Of a stretch of DNA of 64,000 nt, positions 1 to 10,597 are shown one piece after another (the stretch's first letter is position 1; each line of letters starts with the position of its first letter). The notes under the pieces were generated by a model. That model was not told the origin of the DNA and searched no databases. It saw only the letters and a list, made by a program, of their open reading frames with translations. The position numbers and the translations under genes were made by a program. Origin of the DNA: a bacterium (lineage in GTDB: Bacteria > UBA8248); NCBI GenBank assembly GCA_965221165.1, contig CBDCRP010000003.1, positions 320,001-384,000 of the forward strand. Reading direction: 5' to 3'.

Positions 1-927
1 GGTCTCGGTGGCGCGCTCCGCCTCATCGTCCACCATGATGTCGAGCCTTTTCGCCACGACGCGCTTGCTCGGCTCCAGCACCCGCCACGCCAATCCCAGG
101 AACTCCAGGGTCTTGATCAACCGGTAGGTGATGTCCACCTCGAACCACCGGTGGCCATGGGCCGCCGAGCGCTGGTCCGCATGGTGGTTGTTGTGCCATC
201 CCTCGCCGAAGGATATCAGCGCGACGAGCCAGTTGTTGGTGCTTTCCTCATCCGTGTTGTAATTGCGGTAGCCGAAGGTGTGCGTCACCGAATTCACAGC
301 CCAGGTGTTGTGCCACAAAACCACCGTCCGCACGAAAACGCCCCAGACGAGCCAGGACATGCCCAGGCCGCCGTACCATTCTCCGGCGTAATAAATCGCC
401 ACCGCCGTCAGGACATAAATTACGAAAAAGTATCTATCGAAAAACCGCTGCCACGGGTCGCGGTGCAAATCCTTCGCGAAGCGCGAATACTCGTCGTAGG
501 TGTGCGCGTCCGGCAAATTGACGAAAAGCCATCCCGCATGCGCCCACAGAAAATTCACGAGCGGGGAATGGGGGTCGGGCTCCTCGTCCGATTCCTTGTG
601 ATGAATCCGGTGCATCGCCACCCACTCGATGGGTCCGCTCTGAAGCGCCTGACAGGCGCAAAACGTAAAGAAATACTCTAGCGGCTTATACGTCTGGAAG
701 CTTCTGTGGGTCAGAAGCCGGTGATAGGAAATCGTCACTCCCACCATACCGGCCACGTAATACATGACGATTCCCACGACGAGACCGGAGACGCTGAAAT
801 AATCCAAATTAAAAGCCATCAGGGCGAGCAGGTGAATCATCCCGATGACGATGATGGTGCTCCACTGGAGCTTTCTTTCGTCTTTTCTGTGAATAGCGAG
901 GCTGTGCTTCTTCGGCACCGTAGACAA
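1..927 (-). CDS. Membrane fatty acid desaturase (Delta9 acyl-CoA/acyl-lipid type), 3'-truncated by window edge
   Basis: Manual translation (absent from ORF track): TTG at 927 after GGAG; His boxes YHRLLTH, HRIHH and FGEGWHNNHH; frame open to position 1. Confidence 0.9.
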   Translation of the reverse strand, partial: MSTVPKKHSLAIHRKDERKLQWSTIIVIGMIHLLALMAFNLDYFSVSGLVVGIVMYYVAGMVGVTISYHRLLTHRSFQTYKPLEYFFTFCACQALQSGPIEWVAMHRIHHKESDEEPDPHSPLVNFLWAHAGWLFVNLPDAHTYDEYSRFAKDLHRDPWQRFFDRYFFVIYVLTAVAIYYAGEWYGGLGMSWLVWGVFVRTVVLWHNTWAVNSVTHTFGYRNYNTDEESTNNWLVALISFGEGWHNNHHADQRSAAHGHRWFEVDITYRLIKTLEFLGLAWRVLEPSKRVVAKRLDIMVDDEAERATET

Positions 928-1213
928 GAATTTTCTCCCGTTTTGGATATTCTTTCTTATAAGAGCATCCCAGAGTTTCATTTCAGGTATGACAGACGAT
1001 CGGGCGATGTTGCCAAGTCAAGTTTTCGTCAAACCCAACGCTGTGCTGAATCTTGCCTATCATGGGCCAGACGGGCCCTGAAATCAAGTCCCTAAAAAGA
1101 AAGCAAGCCCCTCGGCGACGTATCTTTAACAAATCTTTATCTGTGGCACCCATGAGGGCGCGGAGCGAATTCAGACTACGAGGATTCCAAGCACATTCAA
1201 CGGCCATGGGGGC

Positions 1214-2050
1214 TCACACCTCGATATCGAGAAGATCGCGCCCGAGGATGACTTCTCCGTCGAAATCCCGCCGGACATCCTCCTCTATCGCGCGCATGAG
1301 GCTCTCCGGCTTCGCGCGAAAATGGGTCAGGACGAGTTTTTTGACGCCTGCGCCCGCCGCAATCTTTCCCGCCTGGGCCGAGGATGGAAACAGGTGCCGG
1401 GTCAGGCGTTCGGTGTGCGCATCGGTTACCTCCGCTTCGGCCAGATAACAACACAGGACGAGCACGTCCGCCCCGCGCGCCAGACGCGCCAGTCCCTCGC
1501 AGGGGACCGTATCCCCGCTGATGGCCACGACTTTCCCGTCCCCCTCCAGGCGGTAGCCCAGAGTCACCCAGTCGAAATCCGGGATTCCCAGGCCCTGCCC
1601 GTGCTCGACGAACTCCGCAAAAACCTTCCAGTCCCCTCCGTCATGGACCAGGCCCGCGCCGGTTTCGCTCACCGTCACCGGCTTCCATCCCCCTACGGCG
1701 GGCTCTCCCTCGGCCCGGAAACGAATGTCCCTGGCGTACACCCGATCGATAAGGGCGGAAACGATGTCCGCCGTTCCCGCCGGACCGAAAATGCGCAAAA
1801 CACCCGGACGGCCCTGGAGCCAGGTGCTCAGGATCACGTCGCCGAGATCGCTGATGTGATCGTAGTGATGGTGGGTGATGAAGACGGGATTCACCTGCCC
1901 GAGAGGCGCTCCCGCACGGACGAGTTGGGTGACCGCCCCGCGGCCGCAATCGAAGAGCAGCCACTCCTCCCCGACGCGGACTACGAGAGAAGAACCCTGG
2001 CGCGCCGGATCCGGCCGGGGGCCGCCCGTGCCGAGCAATGTGATCCTCAT
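1214..2050 (-). CDS. Metallo-beta-lactamase fold hydrolase (RNase Z/AtsA-like)
   Basis: LLGTGGP, THHHYDH and SGDT motifs, C-terminal LTHF; start overlaps tctA stop. Confidence 0.85.
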   Translation of the reverse strand: MRITLLGTGGPRPDPARQGSSLVVRVGEEWLLFDCGRGAVTQLVRAGAPLGQVNPVFITHHHYDHISDLGDVILSTWLQGRPGVLRIFGPAGTADIVSALIDRVYARDIRFRAEGEPAVGGWKPVTVSETGAGLVHDGGDWKVFAEFVEHGQGLGIPDFDWVTLGYRLEGDGKVVAISGDTVPCEGLARLARGADVLVLCCYLAEAEVTDAHTERLTRHLFPSSAQAGKIAAGAGVKKLVLTHFRAKPESLMRAIEEDVRRDFDGEVILGRDLLDIEV

Positions 2051-3555
2051 TCTTCCTCCTCCCGAGGGAAGCGCGGGGTACCCTTTCCGCGCGTGAAAAA
2101 TGGATAGAGGAGAAGGATCGCCGAGACAATCCATGCGAGCAGGGCGAGGGGGTGCGCGATGAAGGTTTCATAGCTTCCGCGCGAGATGACGAGCGACTGG
2201 CGAACCTTTTCCTCGAACAACTGGCCCAGGACGAACGCGAGAACCAGCGGAGCCCCCGGATAGTCCAGTTTGCGCATCATATAGCCCAGGAGCCCGAAGA
2301 CCGCCATGAGCAGGACATCCATCGGGTTGTTGCTCACGCTGTAAGCGCCGATGCCGCAGAACAGAAGAATCATGGGCCACAGGTAGCGATAGGGCACGGT
2401 GAGCAGGCGCGCCCACATGCCCACCAGCGGCAGGTTGAGCAGGAGGAGCAATACGTTTCCGGTGTACATGCTCGTCACCACCCCCCAGAAGATGGTGGGG
2501 TGTTCGGTGATCAGGAGGGGGCCGGGCTGCACGCCATGGGTGAGAAAGGCCGCCGTAAGAACGGCCACCGCCGCGCTCGGGGCGATCCCCAGCGTGAGGA
2601 GGGGAATCATGCTGCCCGCCGTGGCGGAGTTGTTGGCCGCCTCCGGTCCCGCCACGCCCTCGATCACCCCTGTGCCGAACATCTCGGGTCTCTTGGAGAT
2701 GCGCCGCTCGAGCGAGTAGGAGAGAAAAGGGGGCACGATGGTGCCCATGCCGGGCAGTATCCCCATGAAAAAACCGATGACGCTCCCTCGCCCGATTGCC
2801 GGAGCCGAGTCCCGCCAATCCTGTCGCGTGGGCCACAACCCCTTGATGCGGCCCGTGAACACTTCCATCTTCTCCTTTTTCTCCAGGTTAATCAGCACCT
2901 CCGAGATGCCGAACAAGCCGATCACCAGAGGAGCGAAGCCCACCCCGTCCATCAGGGTGAAGGTGCCGAAATCATATCGCGGCGTGGATTCCACCGGGTC
3001 CAGGCCGACCGTGGAGAGGAGGAATCCGAGAAGAGCGGCCGCCGCGGCGCGCGGGCGCGAGCCGCCGCTGAACTGGATCACCAGCAAGAAGCTCAGGCAC
3101 AGGAGCGCGACCAGCTCCGGCGGGCCGATCTTCACCGCCATCTCGGCCAGGGGAGGCGCCATGAGCATGATGCCCAGAACGCCCAGCGTTCCCGCGATGA
3201 ACGAGCCCCAGGCGCAGATGGCGAGTGCCGGTCCCGCCCGCCCTTGCCGCGCCATCTGGTAGCCGTCCAGGGTGGTCACGACGGAAGACGCCTCGCCGGG
3301 CAGGTTGAGCAGAATGGACGTGGTGGAACCGCCGTACATCGCTCCGTAAAACACCCCCGCCATGATGATGATGGCGGCCGTGGGCTCCATCTTGATGGTG
3401 ATCGGGAGGAGGAGGGACATGGTGGCGACCGGGCCGAGGCCCGGAAGCACCCCGATGGCCGTCCCGACGAAGACGCCCATGAAGCAGGCGAACAGGTTGT
3501 GCGGGGCGAAGCTCACCGAGAAGCCGAAATAGAGGTTGGAGATAAAATCGCCCAT
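2047..3555 (-). CDS. tctA: Tripartite tricarboxylate transporter large permease
   Basis: GVLPGLG, YGGSTTSILLNLPGE, GPEAANNS and LTLGI motifs. Confidence 0.92.
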   Translation of the reverse strand: MGDFISNLYFGFSVSFAPHNLFACFMGVFVGTAIGVLPGLGPVATMSLLLPITIKMEPTAAIIIMAGVFYGAMYGGSTTSILLNLPGEASSVVTTLDGYQMARQGRAGPALAICAWGSFIAGTLGVLGIMLMAPPLAEMAVKIGPPELVALLCLSFLLVIQFSGGSRPRAAAAALLGFLLSTVGLDPVESTPRYDFGTFTLMDGVGFAPLVIGLFGISEVLINLEKKEKMEVFTGRIKGLWPTRQDWRDSAPAIGRGSVIGFFMGILPGMGTIVPPFLSYSLERRISKRPEMFGTGVIEGVAGPEAANNSATAGSMIPLLTLGIAPSAAVAVLTAAFLTHGVQPGPLLITEHPTIFWGVVTSMYTGNVLLLLLNLPLVGMWARLLTVPYRYLWPMILLFCGIGAYSVSNNPMDVLLMAVFGLLGYMMRKLDYPGAPLVLAFVLGQLFEEKVRQSLVISRGSYETFIAHPLALLAWIVSAILLLYPFFTRGKGTPRFPREEEE

Positions 3556-4016
3556 CAAAATCCCAGCAAACCCCGGGGGAAGTGCACGTTCAACACCTTG
3601 ACGAAGAGGAGAAAGGCCGCAGTTGAGGCGATCGCCGAGATCAGGAGACCCCGGAGAAAGGGCTGGCGGTCTACGGCGAGCCAGCAAAACGCCATGAAGA
3701 TGAAAGTCGTGGTCAGGAACCCGAACACTTCGAGTAGCAGCCCGAAGAGCGCAGTCCCCGCCATGACGGAGAAAACCCGCCGGCACCCGGCGAACGTAAA
3801 TACCGCCCCGGTCTCGGAGGACGCTTCCTCATCCGGACTCGGACGGAGGGATTGCGCCATCAGGCGCACCGAGGTGGCCGCGAGGCCCGCGCATATCCAA
3901 AAAGGGAAAAATCCCGGGCCGGGCCGGGTGATGCTCCCCAGCCCGAGCCGGAAGGCGAACCACCCCATCAGCAACGAAACGATGAGCAGCGCCGCGGGAG
4001 TGGCAATCCTGCGCAT
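3555..4016 (-). CDS. tctB: Tripartite tricarboxylate transporter small permease
   Basis: PGPGFFP motif, about 4 TM segments, C-terminal LNVHFPRG; lies between tctC and tctA. Confidence 0.85.
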   Translation of the reverse strand: MRRIATPAALLIVSLLMGWFAFRLGLGSITRPGPGFFPFWICAGLAATSVRLMAQSLRPSPDEEASSETGAVFTFAGCRRVFSVMAGTALFGLLLEVFGFLTTTFIFMAFCWLAVDRQPFLRGLLISAIASTAAFLLFVKVLNVHFPRGLLGF

Positions 4017-4026
4017 GACGGCCGCT

Positions 4027-4995
4027 CTATTTTTTCTTGATGCCAACGGCCTTCATGATCTCCTTGGACGTATCGTGGTCCTGCCGGGCGAGCTTCTTCG
4101 CTCCCTCCCCGGACACGAATTCCACCCGGAAGCCCGCCTTGTTCAGCTTTTTCACCACCGCCGGGTCCGAAGCCGTCTTCTGGAGCGCTGCGGACAGTTT
4201 GGCGAGAACGGCCTTGGGAGTTCCCTTCGGCGCCCACAGACCGGCCCAGAGCCCGATGCTCGCTCGTCCGAGTCCCTTTTCCTTCAGGGTCGGAATCTGG
4301 GGAAACTTCGGGTCGCGCTTGTTGTCCGTGATGGCCAGACCCACCAGCTTGCCCGCCCGGAGGAGCGCCTGCATCGCGCCGAATCCGCCCGCCGAAAAAT
4401 CCACGTGGCCGCCCAGAGCGGCGTTCCGCGCGGGGCCTGAGCCCTTGTAATGCACCGGGGTGGCTTTCAAGCCCCGTATGGCGAGAACGGCCGCCATGGT
4501 GAGATAAGGCGCGGTCGGCGCTCCGCTCGTGCCGTAGTTCAGTTTTCCGGGATTTTTCTTGATGTAGGCGAGAAGACCATCCAGGTCCTTCCATCGCTTG
4601 TCGGGTTTGGAAACGATGCCCGTCGCGCCGAAGGCGTACGCGCCGATGTACTCGTAATCAGCCAATGCGAAAGGCAGGGTGCGCAGCGCCGTTCCTACGG
4701 TGAGGGGCGCGGACATGGTGGAGAGAATGGTGTAGCCGTCCGGCTTGGCCTTCTTGACGTAGGTGTAGGCGATGGCGCCGCCGGCGCCGGGCTTGTTGAT
4801 GAGTTGGATGGCGCCGCCGAAATTTTTCTGGAGGGCAGAATGGATGATGCGGATCGTGGTGTCCCCGGGTCCTCCCGGCGGGAAGGAGATGATGAACTGT
4901 ACGGGGTAGCGGGGATATTCCGCCGAATGCGCGCTCTGAAGCGGCAAACAAATCAGCGCAAGGACAAGCAGGAGAAACAGCGAACGACGTAGCAT
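4027..4995 (-). CDS. tctC: Tripartite tricarboxylate transporter substrate-binding protein (Bug family)
   Basis: Signal peptide; FPPGGPGD, NKPGAGG, KPDGYT and HYKGSG motifs; GGAGG RBS. Confidence 0.92.
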   Translation of the reverse strand: MLRRSLFLLLVLALICLPLQSAHSAEYPRYPVQFIISFPPGGPGDTTIRIIHSALQKNFGGAIQLINKPGAGGAIAYTYVKKAKPDGYTILSTMSAPLTVGTALRTLPFALADYEYIGAYAFGATGIVSKPDKRWKDLDGLLAYIKKNPGKLNYGTSGAPTAPYLTMAAVLAIRGLKATPVHYKGSGPARNAALGGHVDFSAGGFGAMQALLRAGKLVGLAITDNKRDPKFPQIPTLKEKGLGRASIGLWAGLWAPKGTPKAVLAKLSAALQKTASDPAVVKKLNKAGFRVEFVSGEGAKKLARQDHDTSKEIMKAVGIKKK

Positions 4996-5325
4996 GACAT
5001 TTTCCTCCATGCTGCAGGAAATGCGGGGAACTGCGCCGCCCGACCGAACCGGATCCCGCCCCCGATACATCTCCCTGGCTCAAAGATTGGAAAAACCTCT
5101 TCAGATGCGGATTGTACGTGGTTTCCGGGAGTGTACCAAAATGGTGCGCCGAGCGCCATCGGGCGAAATCGGCGCCTTCCGACCAAATTTGCTCCACCGC
5201 GCACCATGAGGGCGCGGCGCGCGAAAGTGAACACAGGAGAATTCACTCATCCGCGTTGTCATTTTCCTGATTCTCCCGTAAGAAACGAATTCCATATCTA
5301 AATGTCATCTTGCGAGGAGAACACC

Positions 5326-6210
5326 ATGCCCGAAGTGAAAACAAACGGCGTCAGACTGTACTATGAAGCCAGCGGCGAGGGTGCGCCCGTCGTCTTTGTT
5401 CACGAGTTCGCGGGCGACTGCCGCAGCTGGGAGGATCAGGTCCGGTATTTCAACCGCAGATACCGGGTCATCACCTACAACGCGAGAGGATTTCCGCCCT
5501 CCGAGGTGCCGGAAGACGCATCGCAATACAGCCAGGATATCGCCGTGAGCGACCTGGCCGGCCTCATCAGAGATTTGGACCTGGCGCCCGCCCACGTCGT
5601 GGGGCTTTCCATGGGTGGCTATGCGACCCTCCACCTCGGCCTGCGCCACCCCGAACTCACCCGTTCCATCGTCGTGGCCGGGTGCGGCTACGGCTCCGAA
5701 CTCGACAAGCGCGAGCAGTTTCAAAAAGACGCAGAAATCGTGGCCGATCGGTTCCTGAACGAGAGTATGGAGAAATTCGGCCCCGTCTACATCGCCGGAC
5801 CCACGCGAATGCAGCTCAAGAGAAAAGACATGATCGGCTATCAGAAATTCATCGATCACTTCATGAGCCACTCTCCTCTGGGTTGCTCCAACACGATGCG
5901 CGGGGTGCAAAGCGCGAGGCCTTCTGTCTATGAACTCGGGGAGCAGATGAAGAACTGCTCCGTGCCCACGCTCGTTCTGACGGGAGATGAGGATTACCCC
6001 TGTCTGGAGCCCGGGCTTTTCATGAAGCGCAACATCCAGACGGCCGCCCTCGTCACCTTCCCCAACGCCGGACACCTCATCAACCTCGAAGAACCCGCCA
6101 TGTTCAACCGGGTCGTTCTCGAGTTCATCACCGAGGTGGACGCCGGACGCTGGCCGACGCGCGACCCGCTCTCGATGGGGGAATCCGCGTTGCTGCCGGA
6201 TGAGGAATAG
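5326..6210 (+). CDS. Alpha/beta hydrolase
   Basis: GLSMGG nucleophile elbow, GDED acid, AGHLINLE His. Confidence 0.88.
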   Translation: MPEVKTNGVRLYYEASGEGAPVVFVHEFAGDCRSWEDQVRYFNRRYRVITYNARGFPPSEVPEDASQYSQDIAVSDLAGLIRDLDLAPAHVVGLSMGGYATLHLGLRHPELTRSIVVAGCGYGSELDKREQFQKDAEIVADRFLNESMEKFGPVYIAGPTRMQLKRKDMIGYQKFIDHFMSHSPLGCSNTMRGVQSARPSVYELGEQMKNCSVPTLVLTGDEDYPCLEPGLFMKRNIQTAALVTFPNAGHLINLEEPAMFNRVVLEFITEVDAGRWPTRDPLSMGESALLPDEE

Positions 6211-6233
6211 TTTTTCATGTCAAGGAGCAAGAC

Positions 6234-6995
6234 ATGCCGGGCAAGCTGGAAGGAAAAAGAGTCATCGTCACGGGCGCATCATCCGGCATCGGCGCGGCCA
6301 TCACGCGCAGATTCAGCGCGGAGGGCGCATCCGTCTGGGCGGCGGGAGGCTTCAACCAGGAACGCTTGGGTGGAATCATCGCCGAGTGCGGAGCGGGGGG
6401 CGGCGAAATCGATGGCCGATGCTATGACTTGAGAGATGCAAAAAAAGCGAACGATGTAATGAGCGACGGCGCGCAATACCTGGGCGGTCTCGACATCATG
6501 GTGAACTGCGCCGCCATGCGGGGGCACAAGAGTTTTCTTGAATTCACGGATGAGGAGATCGACGACCTGTATGAAGTGAACGCGAAATCCGTGTTCATCG
6601 CCACGCGCGAGGCGGCCAAACTCATGGCGCCCCAGGGCAAGGGCAAAATCCTGATGATAGGCTCCATCGACGGCGAGCGCGGCGTCCCCGGCAACGCGCT
6701 TTATTGCGCCACGAAGACCTCCATGCACAATTTAACGCGCGCCCTGGCCGTGGAGCTCGGCCCGATGGGGCTGCGCATCAACTGCCTCATGCCGGGCACT
6801 ACCGAGAGCGAACGCGTAAAGGAGATCCACATCAACGACCCGGTGCGCGCCAAGGCGAAACTTCCCCGAATCCCCGTAAACCGTTTTGCGAGTCCCGAGG
6901 AGATGGCCGAAGTCTCGCTCTTCATGGTCTCGGACGAGAACGATTTCATGAACGGCGCCTTCATATCGTGCGATGGCGGCACCCTCGCGATGTAG
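6234..6995 (+). CDS. Short-chain dehydrogenase/reductase
   Basis: TGASSGIG, NCAA, YCATK. Confidence 0.9.
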   Translation: MPGKLEGKRVIVTGASSGIGAAITRRFSAEGASVWAAGGFNQERLGGIIAECGAGGGEIDGRCYDLRDAKKANDVMSDGAQYLGGLDIMVNCAAMRGHKSFLEFTDEEIDDLYEVNAKSVFIATREAAKLMAPQGKGKILMIGSIDGERGVPGNALYCATKTSMHNLTRALAVELGPMGLRINCLMPGTTESERVKEIHINDPVRAKAKLPRIPVNRFASPEEMAEVSLFMVSDENDFMNGAFISCDGGTLAM

Positions 6996-7042
6996 GCTCC
7001 ATCGGCGATGCGGGCTCTTCCCTCCTAGGCGCACGGCGGCGC

Positions 7043-7831
7043 TTAAGGCGTCGCCCGGCGGCTGCCGCCATCCATGTAGATGGAACTGCCGTTCACGTAA
7101 GAGCACGCGGCGGAGGCAAAAAACGCGGCGACGTTCGCCACTTCCTCGGGATCGGCGATTCTGCCGGCCGGCGTCCTGGCACCTACCTCTTTCAGAAACT
7201 CCTCGACGTCCTTGCCCGCCTTGTCCGCCGGACCCTGCATGACATCCCGCGCGCGCTGCGTATTCGTCATGCCCGGGCATACGGTGTTCACCTGAATCCC
7301 CTCCCCCGCCACGGCGTCGGAGAGCGCTCTCGTGTTGTTGAGCACCGTGATGTTCGCAGCACTCGTCGGGATGTTTCCCCGCGCCGGGCTCGCGCCCGCT
7401 CCGCCCGCGATGTTCACGATGCGGCCCCATCCGTTCTTTTTCATGTGGGGGATCACCAACTGGGACATGCGCAGATACCCGTAGGTCTTGAGCGTGAGCG
7501 CTTCTGTGATGAACTCCGCATCGAGCGCCAGGATGTCTCCGCCTCGCGCCGCGCCCGCGCTGTTGATGAGGACGTCCACGCCGCCGAAATTCGCCACACA
7601 CGCATCGACCACCTTCTTGCAGCCATCCAGCGAGGTCAGATCGGAGGAGACGGACATACCCTCGCCCCCTGCGGCATTCACATCTTCTACCGCCGTAGCC
7701 AAAAGCCCCTCATCACGCGCCGTGACGCACACGCGGGCGCCCTCTTTCGCCAGAGCGATCGCGCATTCGCGGCCGATGCCGCGGCTCGCGCCCGTCACGA
7801 TGGCGATTTTTCCCTTCAAACCAAGGTCCAT
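7043..7831 (-). CDS. Short-chain dehydrogenase/reductase with atypical active site
   Basis: TGASRGIG, NSAG; TSAAN occupies the YxxxK position. Confidence 0.88.
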   Translation of the reverse strand: MDLGLKGKIAIVTGASRGIGRECAIALAKEGARVCVTARDEGLLATAVEDVNAAGGEGMSVSSDLTSLDGCKKVVDACVANFGGVDVLINSAGAARGGDILALDAEFITEALTLKTYGYLRMSQLVIPHMKKNGWGRIVNIAGGAGASPARGNIPTSAANITVLNNTRALSDAVAGEGIQVNTVCPGMTNTQRARDVMQGPADKAGKDVEEFLKEVGARTPAGRIADPEEVANVAAFFASAACSYVNGSSIYMDGGSRRATP

Positions 7832-7879
7832 CTCTTTTCTCCTTAAGAAATCATGAATAAAGCGATAAAATGATGCTTG

Positions 7880-8968
7880 CTACACCAGTACGAGCTGGCA
7901 AGGGTTCGTGGCCCGGTACTCGGCCTTCTTGTCGGTAATCTCCATCACCCTGGGCAGGTTTTCGATCCCATGCTCCTCATGCGTGATGAGCGAGCGTACG
8001 TCAATCCTTCCGCCGGCCACCCACTTTCCGCCCAGGGCCACGGTGTCCGCGCCGTGGCCTTCCGGATAGATCCACCGAACCCCTTGCGCGCGCATGAAGA
8101 CCGGGTCGAACCGCACCTCGCCGATGAGGCCCGCGATTTGCACGATGCGCCCGCCGATGCGGACCATGCGCGTCGCCTGATGGAGCGTGGCGTGGCCCGA
8201 GAGTCCCTGATCCGCATTTCCGCCGGCGCATTCGAAGGCGAGGTCGACGCCCTTGCCCGCCGTTATCTCCATCACCCTCTCTACGGGGTCATCCACTCTC
8301 GCGTCGATGACTTCATCCGCACCGAACTTGCGGCTCAAGGCGAGCGATTCTTCCTTCACGTCGCTCACGTAGACGGCTCCCGCCCCGCAGGTGCGCGCGG
8401 CTTGCAAGGCATACAGGCCCATGACCCCCTGGCCGGTGATGGCCACCGTCTCACCCGGCTGAATTTTCGCATCGCGCATGGCGGCGACCGTGGAGGAGAG
8501 AGGTTGCAGGCAGGAGATGGATGAGTCATCCAGCGTCTGGGGCGGCCTCACGAGCCCGTGCGCCGGAAGACAGATATACTCGGCGAACGCGCCCGGCGTG
8601 TTGATGCCCACGTGCAGCTTGTCGACGCAGTACATCTCCCTGCCCTCGCGGCAGAACTCGCATTTCAGGCACGGAACGTGGCCGGAGGTGCACACCCTGT
8701 CGCCTGGCTTTAGATGCGTGACGCCGTCGCCCACCTCGACTACTTCGGCGCTCATCTCATGGCCCAGCAACTGCACGGGCGCATATTTGTCGAGCATTTC
8801 TTTCAAAAGCGCCGAGTTGATGGTCCCGATCCCCAAGGATCGCTGCACGTCGGTAATGCTCGGCTGCACCCGCCGCACCCTGCACAAGGCCCAGCCCGGC
8901 TTCACCTCGGGGTCGGGCACCTCATCCAACCGCATATCGCCAAAGGCGTAGAAACGCCATGCTTTCAT
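7880..8968 (-). CDS. Zn-dependent medium-chain dehydrogenase (sorbitol/threonine DH-like)
   Basis: LGHE, structural Zn motif CLKCEFC-x7-C, GQGVMG. Confidence 0.88.
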   Translation of the reverse strand: MKAWRFYAFGDMRLDEVPDPEVKPGWALCRVRRVQPSITDVQRSLGIGTINSALLKEMLDKYAPVQLLGHEMSAEVVEVGDGVTHLKPGDRVCTSGHVPCLKCEFCREGREMYCVDKLHVGINTPGAFAEYICLPAHGLVRPPQTLDDSSISCLQPLSSTVAAMRDAKIQPGETVAITGQGVMGLYALQAARTCGAGAVYVSDVKEESLALSRKFGADEVIDARVDDPVERVMEITAGKGVDLAFECAGGNADQGLSGHATLHQATRMVRIGGRIVQIAGLIGEVRFDPVFMRAQGVRWIYPEGHGADTVALGGKWVAGGRIDVRSLITHEEHGIENLPRVMEITDKKAEYRATNPCQLVLV

Positions 8969-9096
8969 ACTTGCGAACCCTCCACATGTAAAGGCAAACT
9001 CGTAAGCAATAGCTCTTAGCACTCTTTTCCCCATCCGCCAAGACGAGGCCGGGGATTTATCTGCGCGCGGCTATCCTGCCCGCACGAGGAGAAAAG

Positions 9097-10146
9097 ATGG
9101 CGGATATCAAGGTTCACCCAAAAGATCTTCATGCGTATCTCGCGCGCGTCTATCAGGCCCTCGGCCTGCCCGAGTCGGACGCCGGAATGTGCGCGGCCCA
9201 GATTGTCGATGCCGAACTCAGGGGCGTGAACTCACACGGGTGCGTTCGTTTCGGGGTTTTCGTGGAGCGCCTTCGCAACGGAACGGCGAACCCGAGACCG
9301 AGCGTACGAACCATCACCGACCTGCCCGCTTTTTCTCTCCTGGACGGAGACTACGGCATGAGCGCCGTCGTCGCGCGGCGCGCCATGGGGGTAGCCATCG
9401 AGAAGGCGAAAACCGGCGGCATCGGCGCGGCCGCGATTAGAAAATCCTCCCATACGGGCCACATCGGCTATTTCGCCTCCATGGCGCTCGAGCACGGCAT
9501 GATCGGGGTGGTCATCAGCGGCGCGGTGGGAAACCTCGCCCCGTGGGGCGGCTCCGAGAGAATGATCGGGAACAACCCGGTGGCCTTCGCGGTCCCCTCC
9601 AACCAGGAATATCCCGTCCTCTTCGACATCGCCACATCCAAGGTGGCGAGAGGCTATGTCCTGCTGGCCGCCAAGGCGGGCGAGGCGATTCCCGAAGGCT
9701 GGGCGCTCGACCCCTCGGGCAACCCGACCACGGACGCCGCCCTCGCCGCCAAGGGAACCATGCAGCCCCTGGGCGATTACAAGGGGTACGGCCTGGCGCT
9801 CATGTTCACCTTCCTGACGGGCGCCTTGACCGGCAACGGCTTCGACGCCGACCAGCCCGACTGGCTGGAAACTGATAAACCCTTCGGCCTTCCCATGTTC
9901 GCCATGGCGATAGACCCGGAGAGATGCCTGGGCGGCGACTACAAGGCGGCGGTCGACGAAGCCGTCACGCGAATCAAGGCGTCGGGCCTGGCGCCCGGGT
10001 TCGATGAAATCCGCATCCCCGGCGAAGGCGCTCACCGCAGGTACCGGGCCGCACTGACCGAGGGCATCACGCTCAAGGAAGCGCTTGCCCGGGATTTGGA
10101 CCGAATCGCGGCGGAAGTGGGCGTGGCGCCGCTGCCCAAGGGTTGA
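9097..10146 (+). CDS. Ldh_2 family oxidoreductase (AllD/ComC-like)
   Basis: LRGVNSHG, SSHTG, GNNPVAFA, DIATS, YKGYGL and IPGE motifs. Confidence 0.9.
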   Translation: MADIKVHPKDLHAYLARVYQALGLPESDAGMCAAQIVDAELRGVNSHGCVRFGVFVERLRNGTANPRPSVRTITDLPAFSLLDGDYGMSAVVARRAMGVAIEKAKTGGIGAAAIRKSSHTGHIGYFASMALEHGMIGVVISGAVGNLAPWGGSERMIGNNPVAFAVPSNQEYPVLFDIATSKVARGYVLLAAKAGEAIPEGWALDPSGNPTTDAALAAKGTMQPLGDYKGYGLALMFTFLTGALTGNGFDADQPDWLETDKPFGLPMFAMAIDPERCLGGDYKAAVDEAVTRIKASGLAPGFDEIRIPGEGAHRRYRAALTEGITLKEALARDLDRIAAEVGVAPLPKG

Positions 10147-10288
10147 GCCTCATGAAAATCCCCGCCTTTGTTGAAGTGTTTGTTGCCATGCGTTAGGTTT
10201 ATGGCTCGTTGATTGGACGTTCCTCACATATCCGTCACATGATTGGGTGCGAGGTGCTTTCGCACCCTGAATTTTTGAAGGAGAAGAT

Positions 10289-10582
10289 ATGCCGGTAACA
10301 GCCATGATCATCGAAAAGGGAGACAACGTCGCCACCTGTCTCGAAAAAGTGTCAAAGGGAAGGTCCGTTCGCCTCATGCTCAACGGAAAGATGGGCGAAA
10401 CGCTCAAGGCTAACCAGGCGATCCCCTACATCCACAAAATCTGCATCAAGCCCCTGAAAAAGGATGAGCACTGCATGAAATACGGCCTGTCCATCGGTGT
10501 GGCGAGCAAGGACATCAAGGTGGGCGACTACATTCACGTTCACAACATAGAGAGCGCCCGCGGCCGCGGCGACCTCGCGTAG
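10289..10582 (+). CDS. UxaA-family SAF-domain small subunit (SuyA-like / altronate dehydratase N-terminal)
   Basis: DNVA, IPYIHK, KYGLSIG, HVHNIES. Confidence 0.85.
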   Translation: MPVTAMIIEKGDNVATCLEKVSKGRSVRLMLNGKMGETLKANQAIPYIHKICIKPLKKDEHCMKYGLSIGVASKDIKVGDYIHVHNIESARGRGDLA

Positions 10583-10597
10583 AAGAGGAGGTTCATC

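Noticed and set aside
2152-4440. 762-aa plus-strand ORF and many similar long overlapping ORFs (e.g. 151..681, 43188..44243, 51402..52610)
   Set aside because: Antisense shadows of motif-supported genes, expected in GC-rich DNA
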